From contig NIVC01003582.1 of NCBI GenBank assembly GCA_002269645.1, positions 1-64,000 on the forward strand: a stretch of DNA of 64,000 nt. The letters are read 5' to 3'. Numbering within the stretch: position 1 is the first letter of the stretch; each line of letters starts with the position of its first letter. The notes beneath the pieces are model-generated. The model was not told where the DNA came from, ran no database searches, and saw only the letters and a list, made by a program, of their open reading frames with translations. This document shows positions 61,141 to 64,000 of this stretch, one piece after another. A program made the translations under genes and the position numbers. The stretch is from Macrostomum lignano. Lineage: Eukaryota.

Positions 61141-62238
61141 AAGGAAATACGATTCATAGGCTTCTACGAATTACACTGTCACACAGTTCTGTTATAGAAG
61201 GCGTTTTTTGTCCAAATTTACATTAAACACAGTCCTTTAATGGCTGCCAACTTCATTTAATTTAGGATAAATTCTGTTACAATGCTATTAAAAAATATCA
61301 CTGCCTCGCGATTTCACTGTCCATGACAATCGTACACAGCTTTTCCAGCGTGCCGAGTCTACCGGCCTCTAGTGGTCCTTGGGCTCAACCTTTGAGGCAG
61401 ATACATCCGCAAATACAAGCAAGGGTTCTAGCGTCTTCCGAACAAATTTCGCGTCAAGGCAGCACTCTGAAAAATTAAAACTCGTGACCGTAGAATAAGA
61501 AATAATGACATTTCTGCCTCGCCTGACCGTTTATTCTGTAGGGTCAATATATGACACTGAATATGAATATTACATTGCGATACATTTAAGTGGTTATTAG
61601 AAAGTTTAGCTTCAGTGTACATAGTAAATCGTTTAAATATATCGTCTTTAAATAATAGCATGGATATATTTGAAGGTAAAAAATTAGCTCTTGTGCTTGT
61701 GCTTGTGCTCTTAGTTTTGTGCTTAAAAGTGGTATAAAATGGAAACAGCGCAAGTCAACTCAATTTTTCGACAATTCATCGCAACGAAAAACAAGATACG
61801 CTGGATCATTTTAAACAAATTACAATGAAAATCTGGTGAAAAATTAAGTTATGTCGTGGTCTAAAAGGGTGCCTAATTCTTGCAAAAATGAGCATACCTA
61901 AGTTCATATTGGAACTTGAAATCCTAACATATTCGAAAAACCAGCAGTGGAACAGTTGGCAACCTAAACGGCAACCAGCTGGCATATCAGGGCATGCTTT
62001 GAACTTTTGATTGAAAAAAACACAATTTAAGCAAATTAGAAGCCTAGATGCTTCACAGAGAAAGTAGTTGTGCAAAAATTTTAATTTCGATCCGGTCACT
62101 TATGCTTATTGGAAATTTGGCAGCCTCATTTTCGTCAATAACTTTGCAAAAGCAGATCACAATAAGTTCACTTCGTAAGTTTTTTCATCAAACTAAAACT
62201 GCAACTTCTAAACTGGAGAGCCTCATTATCTTCATTCT

Positions 62239-62766
62239 TCACGGCTTCAACGAGTAGGAGTTGGAGTTTCTCGGAAAAATCGGCTCCACTTTTGAGCGCA
62301 CAATGGCAGCAATGATTTTGAGCAGCAGGCCCAGGCCGATGATGCTCAGCAGTAGCAGCAGAAGAATGTCAGGAATTATCCAACCGTTAAACTTGTTGTA
62401 AATCGCGGTCGCGCTGGCCCAGGCGATGGCCATGTGCGGAGTGAACACGAAGCGCAGCACCCGGTCCAAGGTGGTCAGCTCCATCACCACGTAGGCAGCA
62501 ACAATTGAGTTCAGCAGGCCCAGACAGATGAAACTGCAGGTTTCGCTAGTCAGGGTGCTCAGGTAGTTCAGAGAGATGTCCAGATTGAGGAACGAGGCGA
62601 AGACGGCCCAGCCGGCGTACAAACCGACGCCGTTCTGCACGAAGATTACGGTGAGCCAGTAAGCGGACTGGCGTAGGGCCAGCTGCCTCTTGCCTACGTA
62701 CAGCCAGTAGTAGGACGAGGACAGAGCGGCAGCCAAGCTAACAGCCAAGGCAAACAGTACGCAAGT
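62239..62766 (-). CDS. 3' exon of an uncharacterised multi-pass membrane protein; upstream exons not identified
   Basis: Acceptor caacAG before 62766. Four to five hydrophobic helices and the motif VQNGVGLYAGWAVFASFLN, resembling the YxxWxxxAxxxN motif of TspO-like uncharacterised membrane proteins (recall, unverified). Confidence 0.65.
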   Translation of the reverse strand, partial: TCVLFALAVSLAAALSSSYYWLYVGKRQLALRQSAYWLTVIFVQNGVGLYAGWAVFASFLNLDISLNYLSTLTSETCSFICLGLLNSIVAAYVVMELTTLDRVLRFVFTPHMAIAWASATAIYNKFNGWIIPDILLLLLLSIIGLGLLLKIIAAIVRSKVEPIFPRNSNSYSLKP

Positions 62767-62899
62767 CTGTTGTTTTGGTGCCATGTGGGTGAGCGATCGC
62801 GATTTGTTAGCATAAAAGCCTGAACGGAGCATCAAACCATCCTGATCTAACACTATTTAATCCCACAGCTATGCCTGAAAGATTCTTCAAACAGCCATC

Positions 62900-63335
62900 C
62901 TGTGCTAATAAACCTGCAAAGCACCCACCCCACTCCCCGACACATGTATATTTCAAACCCGAAAAACACCCACCCCACTTCCTGATACATGTCTATATCA
63001 AACCCGCAAAACAACCACCCCACTCTCTGATAAATGTAGAAATCAAACCCGCAAAACACCCACCCCACTCCCTGATAAATGTATTGTAGAAATCAAACCC
63101 GCAAAACACCCACCCCACTCCCTGATAAATGTAGAAATCAAACCCGCAAAACACCCACCCCACTCCCTGATAAATGTAGAAATCAAACCCGCAAAACACC
63201 CACCCCACTCCTTGATACATGTATAAATCAAACCAGCAAAACAACCACCCCACTCCTTGATACATGTATATATCAAACCAGCAAAACACCCACCCCAATC
63301 CTTGATACATGTATATATCAAACCAGCAAAACATT
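62900..63335. repeat. About 45-bp minisatellite (AAACCCGCAAAACACCCACCCCACTCCCTGATAAATGTAGAAATC)n
   Basis: Read directly; about 9 copies. Confidence 0.9.
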
Positions 63336-63357
63336 CACCTTATTGTTGTCTGTTCTG

Positions 63358-63817
63358 ACCACAGATACTAGAATAAATAGATCGGCCGCTCAGACATATA
63401 TGCTTCGTAAAACAGCTTTCTACTTTCAGTTCAATAGCAAAGAAGAAGACGTAAGCTGAAATTCAACTCATTCCATTGCCTTAATAAAGTCAATGGAATG
63501 AGTTGAATTTTAGAAGCTCAAGGTCAGGCTTAAACAACTTGCTAATTGGTTCAGCAATAATGTACATTAGCCAGTCCATTGGAATGTACATGGTAGCTTT
63601 TATGCTGGAATCCTAAGAAAGGAAATAAAAACTGGGTCCGGGCGGGGGTAGTGTGGAAAGGGGCGGTTGGAGGGTTTAAGCTGGGGGTAAGAGCCAATAA
63701 ATGAGTCTTGGCTTTATAAATACATCAAAATGCTTCTGTTTAGCTTACTACTGAACTGAAAGTAGTTTACACGAAAATGTGTTGAGTGGGCCATCTAGTT
63801 ATTCTAGTATCTGTGGT
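63358..63817. mobile_element. 460-bp MITE-like element with 19-bp TIRs, 4-bp TSD TCTG and an internal hairpin
   Basis: ACCACAGATACTAGAATAA (63358-63376) is the exact reverse complement of 63799-63817. TCTG flanks both ends. The minisatellite motif resumes after it. Confidence 0.6.
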
Positions 63818-64000
63818 TCTGACAAACCAACAAAACACACACCCCACTCCCTTGTCCTGAAAAGCCTGCAGAAGACATCCTCCAGCTTTAAAAAGTTGGA
63901 ATCAACCGCGCCACTGGGCTACTCACCTGCGGTATCAGCAGATAGTTATACCGATCCACCCGGTCGGCTAAGAAGATCCAAGCCATGTTGAACAGGCTGG

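Larger units (their letters stand above)
50741..61183 (-). mobile_element. Full-length Ty3/Gypsy LTR retrotransposon, ORFs frameshifted, 5' LTR interrupted
   Basis: LTRs 50741-51445 and 58968-61183 (TGTGAC...GTCACA), 4-bp TSD CAGT on both sides, PPT GGAGGAGGGGCGGG at 51446-51459, PBS at 58945-58961. Domain order gag, CCHC knuckle, protease DSG, RT (YLDD), RNase H, integrase. Confidence 0.95.

Overview
Eukaryotic (animal) genomic DNA. GC-rich exons, GT-AG introns and a very high minisatellite load resemble the free-living flatworm Macrostomum (inference, not proven). I reconstructed these intron-containing genes by hand: a Mab-21/cGAS-like nucleotidyltransferase at the left edge preceded by a 17-18-repeat ankyrin ORF, an SLC13 transporter, a small single-pass membrane protein, a Y_phosphatase3-like pseudophosphatase, a nicotinic acetylcholine receptor alpha subunit, a claudin/PMP22-family gene, a DEG/ENaC channel, an Src-family kinase and the 3' exon of a multi-pass membrane protein. 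There is also a full-length, frameshifted Ty3/Gypsy element (50741-61183, CAGT target duplication) whose 5' LTR holds a MITE that itself holds a solo LTR, plus a tRNA-derived SINE, another MITE and about 20 tandem arrays. Best leads: (1) the ankyrin ORF and the cGAS-like exon join into one ANK-cGLR protein if one A is removed at 1370-1372, using canonical splice sites of matching phase; (2) the claudin-like gene has a mutually exclusive alternative TM1/ECL1 first exon; (3) the nAChR has two alternative signal-peptide exons; (4) the phosphatase has lost its catalytic Cys and Arg. Single-base frameshifts in otherwise intact genes may be assembly errors.
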